Part shown: positions 39,672 through 50,969 of the stretch, in pieces
How positions within the stretch are numbered: the first letter of the stretch is position 1
How the letters are laid out: each line of letters starts with the position of its first letter
DNA from: Bigelowiella natans CCMP2755
Taxonomy: Eukaryota; Protista; Cercozoa
Reading direction: 5' to 3'
DNA length: 51,016 nt
NCBI GenBank assembly: GCA_000320545.1
Contig: ADNK01001567.1
Location: 1 to 51,016, forward strand
Translations under genes and position numbers: made by a program
Notes under the pieces: generated by a model
Told to the model about the DNA's origin: nothing
Database searches by the model: none
What the model saw: only the letters and a program-made list of their open reading frames with translations

Positions 39672-39852
39672 CTTGCTGCTGTTGTTGTTGTTGTTGTTGT
39701 GGTTGTTGTCGTTGTTGTTGTTCCTCGTCCTACCTAGCACACATGCTTTATCTTTGATATATCCCACACGGGTAGTCGCTAGCCAATACAGAAGCGGAGA
39801 ATGTGTGTATAGCCAGAGATCAAGGCACGCGCACACGCGCGCGCGCGCACAC

Positions 39853-39891
<39 letters not shown>

Positions 39892-40185
39892 TATACGCGT
39901 CGATGCTGTACTGTATGAATATATGGACATTCTGTGAGGCGGCATTGAGCCAGCGGCAACTAGCTTCGTAGCGGATATACAGCGTGCTTTTGCGCTCAGC
40001 GTCGTGATAGTCGTTTGGTGTTTTTAAGACAACGGCAATGTCGGTGGGTGTGTTGTTTGTGTTGCGCCACGGCGATTGGTTAGGCTGTGGTATACCTGGC
40101 AAAGGCGCCGAAGAGCATCTCCGTTTACGCAGGTAACGAAAGGATACTCGCCATAATTTTTTGTCAACTGTCTATAATATAAATA

Positions 40186-40229
<44 letters not shown>

Positions 40230-40862
40230 TGGGGAAGGAGCGATATAATCTGTGGAATCTAGGAATCGAAATAGGTTATCATTATCCTAACGAGTCTCCT
40301 CCTCACCTCCCCCTTGTACCCCAACAATTAATTCCCGCACAGCTATGAAACGGGTCAAAGAGGCGATACGGTCACAGCCGAATGTACCCGTACCGTTGCA
40401 TCTCGTCAACGCGCCTACACCTCTTATGAAAGAGCTAGGGTATGGCCAGGATGCGAGGATTTGCGTATGCGTTGTGCTGATAGCATTGGACATCGTAGAG
40501 AGTGCTGATATGCGGTCAATGTGTTGATTCACATTATACGCTGTGCCCTGCGTAGGTATTCGAAAGGATACCAGTACAACCCTGATTTCAGAGCTAACGG
40601 TGCTACCCAATGCTAATTGCATTCTGTATTGTTATTGTGAAGAAGTTACTCAGATTACTATATTTTGCTGTCTTCTTCTCACGCTAGACGTGTCCCATAA
40701 AAGATAAATAATACACATAAATCTTTACCGCACCCTATTCATCCAAGTGCTGCTGCTGTGTTGTTGTGTTGCCTCGTAATGGATATAGGAGAAAAAGTAA
40801 CGCAAACGTACCTTCCCGAACGACTGCAGGGCAACAGATTTTGGTTACCAGATGGTAGTTAA
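34078..40862 (+). CDS. WRNIP1: WRNIP1/Mgs1/RarA AAA+ ATPase with an N-terminal UBZ4 zinc finger and an inserted ubiquitin-like domain
   Basis: UBZ4: [12 protein letters not shown]|[12 protein letters not shown]+: [18 protein letters not shown], Walker [11 protein letters not shown], Walker [33 protein letters not shown], sensor-2 [13 protein letters not shown]. MgsA C-terminus: [84 protein letters not shown]. Confidence 0.95.
36770..37194 (+). other. Integral ubiquitin-like domain coding segment inside WRNIP1 (two exons)
   Basis: [39 protein letters not shown]|[40 protein letters not shown], matching the ubiquitin pattern T+..+K..I....GI....QRLI+.G+.L.D..TL.+Y.I......H+VLR. Confidence 0.88.
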
Positions 40863-41628
40863 CTACACCCATCGAGACCAGGTGAGCTGCGATGTTATAT
40901 ACAAATTAGAACTTATCCCTAAACATGCGCCTAGGATGCGTCCATAGTGCACGCGTGTAGCTTAATTTCGATTTTAAGAAAGCATCCATGATTATTTCTA
41001 CGTGCTGCAATGCACAGCGAGCGGTTTAAGCGCTTCCACATGTCCTCGTTAAGCACAAACGCATTGCTTGAAAATGCAGCAGCAGTGCACGAAGTACTTA
41101 GTAGCTTAGTACACTCGTGTCAATACTGGTGCATGATTTGATGAGCCAAAATTGCTCTGCAAGCATGCGTGCACGTGCCTGTAGTCTAGCTGTATGTGCA
41201 TACGTTAGGCATTGTCTAATTGTGGATAGCTGATGCATAGCCTACATGCGAATTTATGCGATGCATGAATTACGAGCTAGCGAGCCAATATAACATTGGA
41301 ATGGTAATTCACCTTTTTACGCATACCTAGATATATGTGACACCGCCTTCACCAATAATTGTATTGATTGCAATTCATTTGAACTTCGCTCAGCATATGT
41401 ACTATTTCGGTGGATCTTAATAATGCAATGATTAATAAACAATTTGTTATGCAACCGAAGCAGAATTTGACGGACATATCATGGTTCTATTATAGTTAGA
41501 CAACCGATGGATCCCTGCTTTTATCAATCTCAATGAGGTGTAATGGACTCTTTTTGAGCAAAGACAATTGCTTATAATTGTGCTCTTAATCCGTGAACAG
41601 TCTCACGGACAATGGTCATTGTGCGATG

Positions 41629-42819
41629 TCACGATTCTGGCTTGAATCTATCACTTTGATTTTCTTCGTCCCCTTCACCGCTGAATTGAATACGTCGTCG
41701 TAGGCGTTGGCCGCAAATAGTATCTATTTGATTCAGAGACAGCTCTCCCTGAAATGCTGGAAGATGTAAATTGCGGTATGATACCTTTAGGGTTGCATGC
41801 CGAGAAAGACGTGCATCTTCCACCATAGATCGTGCTTCATCCATACGATGTAGACTGTTGCTTAAGGCCTTTTCAGAGTTCATCATGGAGGTTTCAAACA
41901 TGCAGTCTTGGACGTCCTGATAACCAGAAATTTGGATGTTCTTTCTTTTACGCGGGGCTAGATGGCGAGTAGTAGCAGTAGAAGTTGGAATCTCAAAGTA
42001 AATCGGATCTTTTTCCTTACTTTTTTGTAATAATAATTCGATGGGGGTAGATTTCCTGAGAGGTCTGTTTAAACCTTGTGGATTCAAGTGATACACATTC
42101 ACTGAACGGTAATGAGGCGGCTCAAGATGCTCCTGCTGCCGCTGCTGCTCTTCGTAGTCCTTGGAGGAGAGCATGCTATCAGGACTAGAAGTATAGGACT
42201 CGGTAGCGATAGTTTGAACTCCATCTCTTGTGATGACTTTCCATTTTCTTGCTTCGTTTTCAGGGCCTAGCACAGAGAGATTTGAGAAACTTGAGAGCTT
42301 TGAACGGAGGTGATGCTTTGAATGAAGATTGATTTGAGGCCTGAGGTAGTTTCTTGAAATAGGCGGCATGTAAGGGGATGTTGTCTCGGGCGATGGAAGC
42401 TCACTCCCCTCGGCTATCCAACCACTGCTACCCTGGAATCTTCTTAATTCCTCATGTGGCTTAGGTAATCTGTAGAGCTTTCGGTTCAGCTGTGTGACAA
42501 CACGCTTTCCGAGCATCTTACACCTTAGCTGAGAAGCGATTCGAAGCTCTATTTTTCTCTTAATCAGCATGCCTTTCACGCTCATGCGTTTCGATTTTCT
42601 CCGGGCGACCGTTTTCAGAGGCTTCTTTACGTGCAATCCCCCGAACATATGTTCCCGAGTCACTACTCCAGTGTTCTTTTTTCGGTGAGAGTACAACATG
42701 ACTTTTGCTTCAAACGGGGCCATTCTGCTCGGATTTCCTCTCTCCCCTGCCCGTCTCTTTAAGGTTCTACATAGGCTGCGATGTGATTCTTGAACAATTT
42801 CACCTCGATTCTTCGCCAT
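41629..42819 (-). CDS. Intronless hypothetical basic protein (about 396 aa from the first ATG)
   Basis: Longest ORF in the window (430 codons), no microsatellites, first ATG at 42819 (MAKNRGEIVQ). K/R-rich; no recognisable domain. Confidence 0.7.
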   Translation of the reverse strand: MAKNRGEIVQESHRSLCRTLKRRAGERGNPSRMAPFEAKVMLYSHRKKNTGVVTREHMFGGLHVKKPLKTVARRKSKRMSVKGMLIKRKIELRIASQLRCKMLGKRVVTQLNRKLYRLPKPHEELRRFQGSSGWIAEGSELPSPETTSPYMPPISRNYLRPQINLHSKHHLRSKLSSFSNLSVLGPENEARKWKVITRDGVQTIATESYTSSPDSMLSSKDYEEQQRQQEHLEPPHYRSVNVYHLNPQGLNRPLRKSTPIELLLQKSKEKDPIYFEIPTSTATTRHLAPRKRKNIQISGYQDVQDCMFETSMMNSEKALSNSLHRMDEARSMVEDARLSRHATLKVSYRNLHLPAFQGELSLNQIDTICGQRLRRRIQFSGEGDEENQSDRFKPES

Positions 42820-43592
42820 GGTATTTGGTGCGGGGGGGGAGGAGAAGAGCAGAGCAACCTCAGTGCTTGGTTCAGTTGGACGCGCAACAACAAATACCAA
42901 AAAGCCTGTGTGGCAAACCAAATTCAGAACTTAACCGATCTTTTCTTTCCCTTCTGTGTGTAAATTTGCGAGTATTTCTTATCGACTTTTCTGTAACGTA
43001 TTTGTCGCAGCTTTAGATGGGCTTGTATACGCATGTTGGACGGGGAATAAAAGGCCGCAAACTCTTCACGAGTACTAACGCTTTTTTGAGTTCAACTTTG
43101 GCCAAGATTTGTATGAAAATAGCCTACAATCTTCATCTAAACTGGCAGATGCTGTTGTCGCCAGCACAAGAATCGGTCGTATCTCATAGGAAAATACATG
43201 TTTACTTATGCTTTCCAGGAGAGAATCTTCACGGAATAAGGGTTTTTCCACCTATTTTCTCCTTGTTTTTCCAGGTCTCGTGTCCTAATTGCCCTATGTT
43301 CGCATGGTTTATGAGTTTTATTTATGTTTTATTCCGGGAGGCATGTCGTCCGTGAATCTTCCGCTGGATTTGTTGTTGTTATCTCTGTTACAAGATTTGG
43401 ACTGAGCCGCTAGGTTTGCACGGCCCATCGCTTTCTTTCGTGCTTGTTGACTGGGGAGGGGGGGGGATGGGATTGAGTGAATTTGATGATGATTTCGACT
43501 GTACCATTGGAAAAGCTTCATCCATTCATTCTACTGATGCATTCATTACTCGTCTAGACAGAAAGTCTGCCAAGCGAGAGGATCATCGGCCA

Positions 43593-44163
43593 ATGAGTTC
43601 CAATAACAATGGTCCCAAGCGCCTTCTGATTGTGTTGCCGGACGTTGGCCAGTCCGCGTCAAAACTCAGAGGTCAAGAAGGGGGAATGTAATGTAAGAGG
43701 GGGACGCAGGGTTGATGAGTGCAGGAGCATCTTTATTCAATATGAATATAGAGAGATGGTGACGTACATATGTTGTCGTCCTAACTAGGCCTTGTTTCCT
43801 TCCTGGAAGACTCGTTGGACCCGGGTAAAAAGGGCAGAACAAAGGTCGTAAAAATACAGGCACGTAGGGTTTGACCAATATATGGCTTCTTTGCGCCATG
43901 CTGCTTACAAAATCATGCTGAAAGAGACATTAGTATTTTTGATTAAGAATGAATGAGAGACCATAAGGCGATTCCTTCGGAAGACATCTCCAAAATTCCT
44001 AATGCAAGTAGCAATAACATTGCGGGTAATTCAGATCATCGTGTACAACGCCCCCTATCGGAAGATTAGCGCTCTGCGCGGGTAAGTGTTGTTGCCCCGC
44101 AAATATTAGTTAGTATTCATAAATAATATTCACACACACACACACACACACACACGACACTAC

Positions 44164-44220
<57 letters not shown>

Positions 44221-44254
44221 CATGTATTTGGTATGTTGTTTATGTTTGTATGGT

Positions 44255-44287
<33 letters not shown>

Positions 44288-45230
44288 CAATGGCCAAAAC
44301 AATCGTCTAGTTTCTGTGAGTATATCATTCTAAGAAAGGGCTGTTTGTGCTGCAAATTGTTACTTTCCCAGCGCAAAGGAGCGAGCTTGGTGTGATGTTG
44401 AAGATATTCAAAAGCTAAGAAATTACAGGTGCTTTAAAGACTGTTACACGCACAATTCTTCTTAAATGGACAGCCGGCTAATCCGGAAAAAGTGTTTTGT
44501 AACTCCCCAACCAATTGATTTTTTTACGTTTTGGAGGATTGATTATCGACGTGCCACAGCACATTCCAAAATAATAAGTTGTAATCTCGGTGGACTCTTT
44601 TCCGTGAAGCGATGACTCAGTTTTCTTGGTTACGTGCGTTAATGGATAAGTGTGCATTCATTTTGGGGTTATTGACTTGCAGCGTGCTGACGAAGGGGAT
44701 GAAGAAAGACCTAAAGGAATCGGTGAAGAACATACACGAAGAAATCAAAAAGGTGACGCAGCAACTCATTGGCAGAAGAGTACTGACGCATATTTGCCTT
44801 CACACATCACTTGCCACGGCTATAGAATGCGATCTCATTTATTAGTTTCTCGTTTTTTGAAATGTTGTCGTCGTCATCTTCACTGTCACCGTCAACAGCA
44901 ATAACAACAACAGCATTTTGGTCGTTGTCGTCATCTGCTAGCCCTTAGTCATCTGCTATCCTTATCAATAACATCAGTGGCAGCACGTAGTAGCTCGCTG
45001 CAGGGCTCTCATAGCGCAATGATATGTTCTCAAAAAAAGTAACCGACTACGATTTATATAGGAAATCAGCAAATTTGGAGTGAAGCAGAAATACGTGTCC
45101 CTACTTGGGTTAGGACAGGTACGGTGCAAAGCAAAACAGGGAGGGGGGGGGAGGGGGGCGAGAGACGAGTCGTGTTGTTGTTGGCGAGGATGGTGAGAAA
45201 TCCAAAGATGCTGCTGCAAGAGCACGCATA

Positions 45231-45265
<35 letters not shown>

Positions 45266-45643
45266 ATGGTGCGATGATGTGCTGATGATGTTCCATGAAC
45301 AGGGAGGTGTCGTCTCAGTGCTAGCTGGCATGTCTTACAAGGGCGGGCTCTGCAATGTGTGTGACATGATAGCGTCGTAGTATTACCAGGAAGAATATGA
45401 TGAGAATGAATGGTCACTTCTCCCGAATGTAAGTGTCAAGGATGGTGATATCGATAGCACTGTTTCCAATCGAAAAGTTCATGTACATACCCTTTCTCAG
45501 CTATAGTATGATCAATATACCGCCATTGTCATCATCACCAACAAGAATAATAACACCTTCTCCTTCTTCTTCAATATCACCAGATCTCGTGCATAGGCAC
45601 CGAAGGGTTTCCAATGAAGGAGCTAGTGGTTATGCACATCAAT

Positions 45644-45698
<55 letters not shown>

Positions 45699-45921
45699 AA
45701 TCAACCTCACCGTTGCTATCTGGGATTGACCCCTCCCCCCCTCCGCCACCACTCTCTTTCTTAACATTACTAAGACTGCTATTCTCTGGTACTGTATTTT
45801 CTTTAACAAAAATGAAGCTGAAAGAGGCGGACTCAAAATCTACCAGCGGCGCCATAGCAACTGCAGACAGCGCCATAGCACACGCAACTAAGGACAACCA
45901 TAAATCGTACATAGGGGTGTG

Positions 45922-45963
<42 letters not shown>

Positions 45964-47130
45964 AAAACGAGTAGAATGTCAGGAATTGTACCGTGCTTTT
46001 CAGACCAAATTTATAGCTTGCTATTCTACCAACCCCTCACCTCCTCCTCCCATCCTCCTCGTTTGTGTGCTCTCTTCTTATCTTCTCTTTCCTACTGTGC
46101 GTTGCATTCAGATCGTCAATACCAAGTCAACTGAAAGTTTTGCAGTGGAGTTCAGAGTAGTTCACAATCATAATCAATATTAGCGGGGACGACGAAGACG
46201 AGGACAACTCTTCTAACGATGGCGAGATTAGGGGCAAGGGGGGGGCTTTATATTATTAGAGGAAATATACGGTCTTCGCGAGCATTGTGTCAGTATATGA
46301 GATCACCCAATCGGGTGGTGTACTTCTCCTCCTCCTCCTCTTCCTCCGCCTCATAATCATCATTAGCTCTTTCATGATAGCATTGTTGGGTATATATACA
46401 TGATGCCGTAAATGATGTGATGATAACAGAAATACTTTGAGAGAAATGGAATCAGCCATCGTCACGTTAGAACGATCATAGCGTAAGAATTTCAACCATA
46501 ACGCGGAGGGTGGAGAAGGGAAAGGGAGGGAGGGAGAGAGAGAGGGTGAGAATATGCCTGCTCTTTATTTCCACTTCATCTTCTTGAAAATTCATAAACT
46601 TTGCTATCACTTACCCCAATGCTTTATCTTGCTACTATTAATTCTGGCCTCATCCGACGCGTTTGTGGAGGTAATTTCCTGTTTCAATTTGTTTTCTTTT
46701 TACAGTTCCGAAGTCGAAGGGAACGATCTATTGCAAGAAGCACTCTTCAAGAACAAGTACGGGAGTAGTTGCTGCATGCGTTGGTTTGCTCACTCTGCTA
46801 GCCAAAAAAGGACAACGGTGGGAGGGTGGGAGATAGTGGGTAGAATCTCCGAACTGATTGAATAATTTTCAAACGACAGAGATGAATTCAGTGATATGGG
46901 AAGACAAAATTGCTATTCATTTTGGGTGAGGACTGCGTTTTCACGGATAAAGTGAATATCACTATGCGCTTATAGTGCTTGAAGAGCTTTATGAGCGAAC
47001 TAAAAATAGATGGCGCAACGAATGCTGTTATTTCATAGTTATTCCATTAGTTTGCAGAGGAGTAGCTGCGTTTGCTTGTTCTAGAAGATTCAGACAAGCA
47101 AGGAGTGTGTTAATTTGATGGCGAAGAAGT
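43593..47130 (+). CDS. Acyl-protein thioesterase / phospholipase-carboxylesterase (abhydrolase_2)-like protein, apparently catalytically degenerate; both ends uncertain
   Basis: Phase-consistent exons GPKRLLIVLPDVGQSASKLR, KIIVYNAPYRKISALRGAKERAWCDVED, KESVKNIHEEIKK|EISKFGVKQKYVSLLGLGQ|GGVVSVLAGMSYKGGLCN follow the APT1/TesA order (VIFLHGLGD, I.P.AP.R.+T..G..M.AW.D, EI..GI...RI+LGGFSQGG). Exons after about 45500 are tentative. Confidence 0.65.
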
Positions 47131-47426
47131 TTGTCAAATCTTCTTACAATTTAGGCTTTAGTAATCAATCATGCATTCGTGCAACGGCCGCATCGCGTAC
47201 AAATTTAATTTGTTTTAGTTAGATTGCCGAAATAGCTGTGGCATGCAAGTGTTGCGCTGGCATTATGCAATGATGCACGGAAGTACGGTAGCTGCTAATA
47301 AAATGTTACAAATACAAGTAAACACAGCCATATGCTATACAGGCTATATGACGTATGACAATATATAACAAACCATCGTGATATAGTGCATGCATGCATT
47401 GTTTCGCGCTTTAAACAGGTGGATAT

Positions 47427-47515
<89 letters not shown>

Positions 47516-47884
47516 TTAATGAGCGGGCGAAAGGATATCCCCCATTCTAAACATTCTCATAAGTAGCGCCTATCTGCACCATAGTAATGATCATCAGAAG
47601 TAGGCTAGCAGGCATGATGATGATATGGCATATGGCAGGTTTTGTCATGTTTTGCTACATAATGACAATGGACAGTGTAATTATAGAATATACAATAGGT
47701 TGTAAATATTCACGGTTTATTTGTCTACAGTATGGCCGATCCCTGACACCTTTGAGCTAACCACTCTTTCATGCAGATAAACTCCTGCTTGGCTATTGTG
47801 GGATTAATTTACAGTATGTTCCGCAATTTTATCTTTGCTACCATAAACAATTAATCTTATCGTAATCAAAGTTTCTTCCCCACA

Positions 47885-48700
47885 TTAGAGCAATCCACGT
47901 CCACCAAAACCCATCAGCATTCTCTTGAGAATATCCTTATTCGTCTCCTCGGTTGGCTCACAGTTCATTGCATCACTAACAGAAGTTGATGAGCGACTAT
48001 GATTAGTAATGGGACAAGACGATTGGGTCCCTCCTCTGCTTAAACTCTTGAAACTATCCTTCACATCACTAGAATTGCTCATTGCTTGATTATGCCTGGT
48101 TCGCTTCGAGTTTAACGAACCCTCCCAAGGCGTTCTCTTTGGCTGAGCATCAGACAACACGGAAGACCTTCTTTTTGTCGACATGCTTCCAAGTCTGACG
48201 CGGTGGCCAGACCATGTTCTTGCCCCAGAGTACGAAGTAATGGTGGGCGTGGTCACCACCGACTCAATTTCCATCTTGGAAAATGATGCACACGAAAGTG
48301 ATGGGCGCCAAATGAGAAAAAATGAGATAACTTTTAGTTCATTTAAATGGGAGAAACAAATTAAATGGAGGCTGTTTTTCCAAATAACCGGAAAACCTGC
48401 TGCGATTTTAGCAATGTGGCGCCCGCAAGGAAGTGGGGCCTCGTCGTTTATCGTTGGAAAAAAACAGGCTTTGGCGGGGCTTATTTTTAGTGTCGTTGTG
48501 TCGTTTCGGTCGATCACAGCCTTTTCTCGGCGAAATTCGACATCTTGGGACGCTGCGTCCAATTTCCCGATAATTCGCCTTAAAGAATACAATATAAAAA
48601 TGCAGGTGATTTCTATGGATTTCTCCATATTCTTCGCACGCAAAGGTAGTCGTACTTGTATCTCGCTTTTACGTCAGCAGCCAATCGCCGTAGCAGGACA
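47885..48700 (-). CDS. Hypothetical protein with a Ser/Thr-rich C-terminal half; start not resolved
   Basis: ORF 47885..48643 contains two phase-compatible exons (RIIGKLDAASQDVEFRREK..GFP|MEIESVV..KDILKRMLMGFGGRGLL*); an upstream exon GDRVLLRRLAADVKARYK splices in phase. Confidence 0.5.
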
Positions 48701-48826
48701 CGATCTCCTCCCCTCCTCCTCTACCTCCTTGCATACGACCCTAGTCGAACAAGTGGTGGTGGTGACATCATAGAGATTCAAGATGCAAGCGACGATCTGG
48801 TGACACGAATGTTATCAGCCACTAAG

Positions 48827-49484
48827 ATGCGCTCTGCTGTTATGTTTTTGCACTCGTTTACTACTTACATCGGAACGTGTAAAAAAGTTCTAGCCATCAC
48901 AGGATTTACATAGATATGTCATTTGCAGCACCATTCGCGGTTTCTTACCGATATTCCTCCTCCTTATGGTAACATCGGCCGTCCATGCGGTCGCGAGTGC
49001 CGAAGAGGCGGATATTCCCAAATTCAAGTGGTCTCAGGATGAGGACACCCTCTACATAACTATAGAAGGTAGCAGTAGTCACTTGCGTAGTAAGTGAGAG
49101 TTTGGACGTGATACCGACAAATCACCGTGATCAGTAATATAGATCTTGATAGCATGTGCAACGAATACCCCGCACGTAAACAAATATATTTGTTATCAAA
49201 AGAGCAACAATCCGCGTCGAATTTTGGTGTTCTTTTTCGACGACAACTAACCCATTTTTAGCGACTGCTGTGTTGTGCTGCGCGTTCTTGCGCCTTTTTC
49301 ACTTTCTATCATTGACGATAAAGTTCCATGCAAGAACGAGACGATCGACATCGCTGCCGACAAGGACTTCTTCGGTTTTTCATGTGTGTCACTCGTGGAT
49401 GGAAAGAAGAAAACATTAGCATTCTCTCCAAGGTGGTGATGTTCTCGACTCAATCCGCAATCGACCCTAATATCATATCTCATC

Positions 49485-49567
<83 letters not shown>

Positions 49568-49859
49568 TATAATTGTGTGTGTGTGTGTGTGTGTGATTTT
49601 GCAATATGGTGACTATATCCTTATGCGCCTGTGCATATAATAGAGAGGATATTGTTGCGGAGACGGCGAAATGTGCAGGGAAGGAAAGGTATGACTGTAT
49701 TTCGTTGATATGATATCTAGTTAGTGTTGCTGTATCTGCTCTGTAATGCACTACACGTATACACTCGGTGCAATATAATATTGAATCAAAGCTGGAAACT
49801 ACCACCATTCGAAGCGCAGGGGGTTGTACAACTGTTTGTGTGCGTGCATATGTGCATGT

Positions 49860-49899
<40 letters not shown>

Positions 49900-50388
49900 T
49901 GATATCTTTCTGTTTCTTCTGTTGGTGTAGCTGTTCGTCGATTCCAGAATCACTGTTTCTTCATCTTTAATATTGTTCCATAATACCCATAGGGCCTATG
50001 AGACTTGTACACTGAAGAAAGTAATTGTTCCATAATACCTATAGGGCCTATGAGACTTGTACACTGAAGAAAGTGCATAGGTAGGTCATCACTCAGTATC
50101 ACGATGATGCATTTTCATATTCATATAGAGAAAGAGAGAGAGAAGAAGGGGGTGGGGGGGAGGGAGTTTGTAATTGTTTACACGTACATGCACATAATGA
50201 CGCTACAGGCACTACTTCGACCGACTATGGGCACCCGAGGACGACAAAAAACTGACTGCAAAAGCAAAGGTAGTAGTAGTTTCTAAATGGTTTGCAATTT
50301 CATCCGAGACGTGTCTTGTTATTTCGAGATGTAGTACCAATATCTAATCTGCGGAACACTGTTGATGGTGCTGATTTTTCGAGTCAAG

Positions 50389-50447
<59 letters not shown>

Positions 50448-50969
50448 TGCTCTCCTTTTCTTCATGTTTGTTGGACGGGGTAAATGTGTTTCCTACCATG
50501 AGACTTTTCGCATTTTTTTCTATTTTGGGAGTTGTTGCTATGTATGGTATGTGAGAGCATGTGAACGAAGACGAATGGCGGAATGATTTGGAGGGGGGGG
50601 GGGGTGCTTTGATGCTGCACACAGGTCGACTGGAAAGCGATGAATGATGAAGAGGCGGAGGACTTCTTGGGCTACAGGTGCCAACAACAAAAACAGCAGC
50701 AGCTACCTTCTTCTCGTGACCTGAAGCTATTCACCGATGATCCTAGCGGAGTAAAATTTTGAGAGAATGTTTCTGGAAACAACAAACACTATGATCGGTG
50801 TTGTATTCAAGTCTTTCCTTGCATCTATCATCATACCGTCAGTACCAAACATGTGAAGAGCCTTGATGAACAAGCGTTGGATAAGCTCAAAGCTAAAGCA
50901 AAGAAGAAAAGGGTACACATACTCTCTGAGAGTACCTACCTACCGATAGAGCAAGAGAAAGAGAAATAG

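Noticed and set aside
22996-43339. TCCGGGA motif seen in several divergent spacers (22997, 23448, 29244, 43333)
   Set aside because: A 7-mer is expected about 6 times by chance on two strands of 51 kb, so four hits are not significant without genome-wide counts.
43318-43680. Minus-strand reading HCYWNSLADDPLAWQTFCL resembling an F-box C-terminal half, spliceable to ORF 43318..43521
   Set aside because: It overlaps antisense to the better-supported plus-strand exon RLLIVLPDVGQSASKLR of the APT-like gene, and no N-terminal F-box half (LP.E+...IF) or start was found.
45577-45912. Minus-strand ORF with a signal-peptide-like start (LWLSLVACAMALSAVAMA)
   Set aside because: It lies antisense within the APT-like gene span, runs into microsatellite, and has no supporting downstream exons; I cannot fully exclude it.
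5069-50914. Apparent proteostasis or ubiquitin gene cluster (Hsp78, p23-like, PTRHD1, WRNIP1-Ubl, NZF protein, GST)
   Set aside because: The products are predicted for different compartments, are interleaved with unrelated genes and belong to common categories; there is no evidence of a functional cluster.
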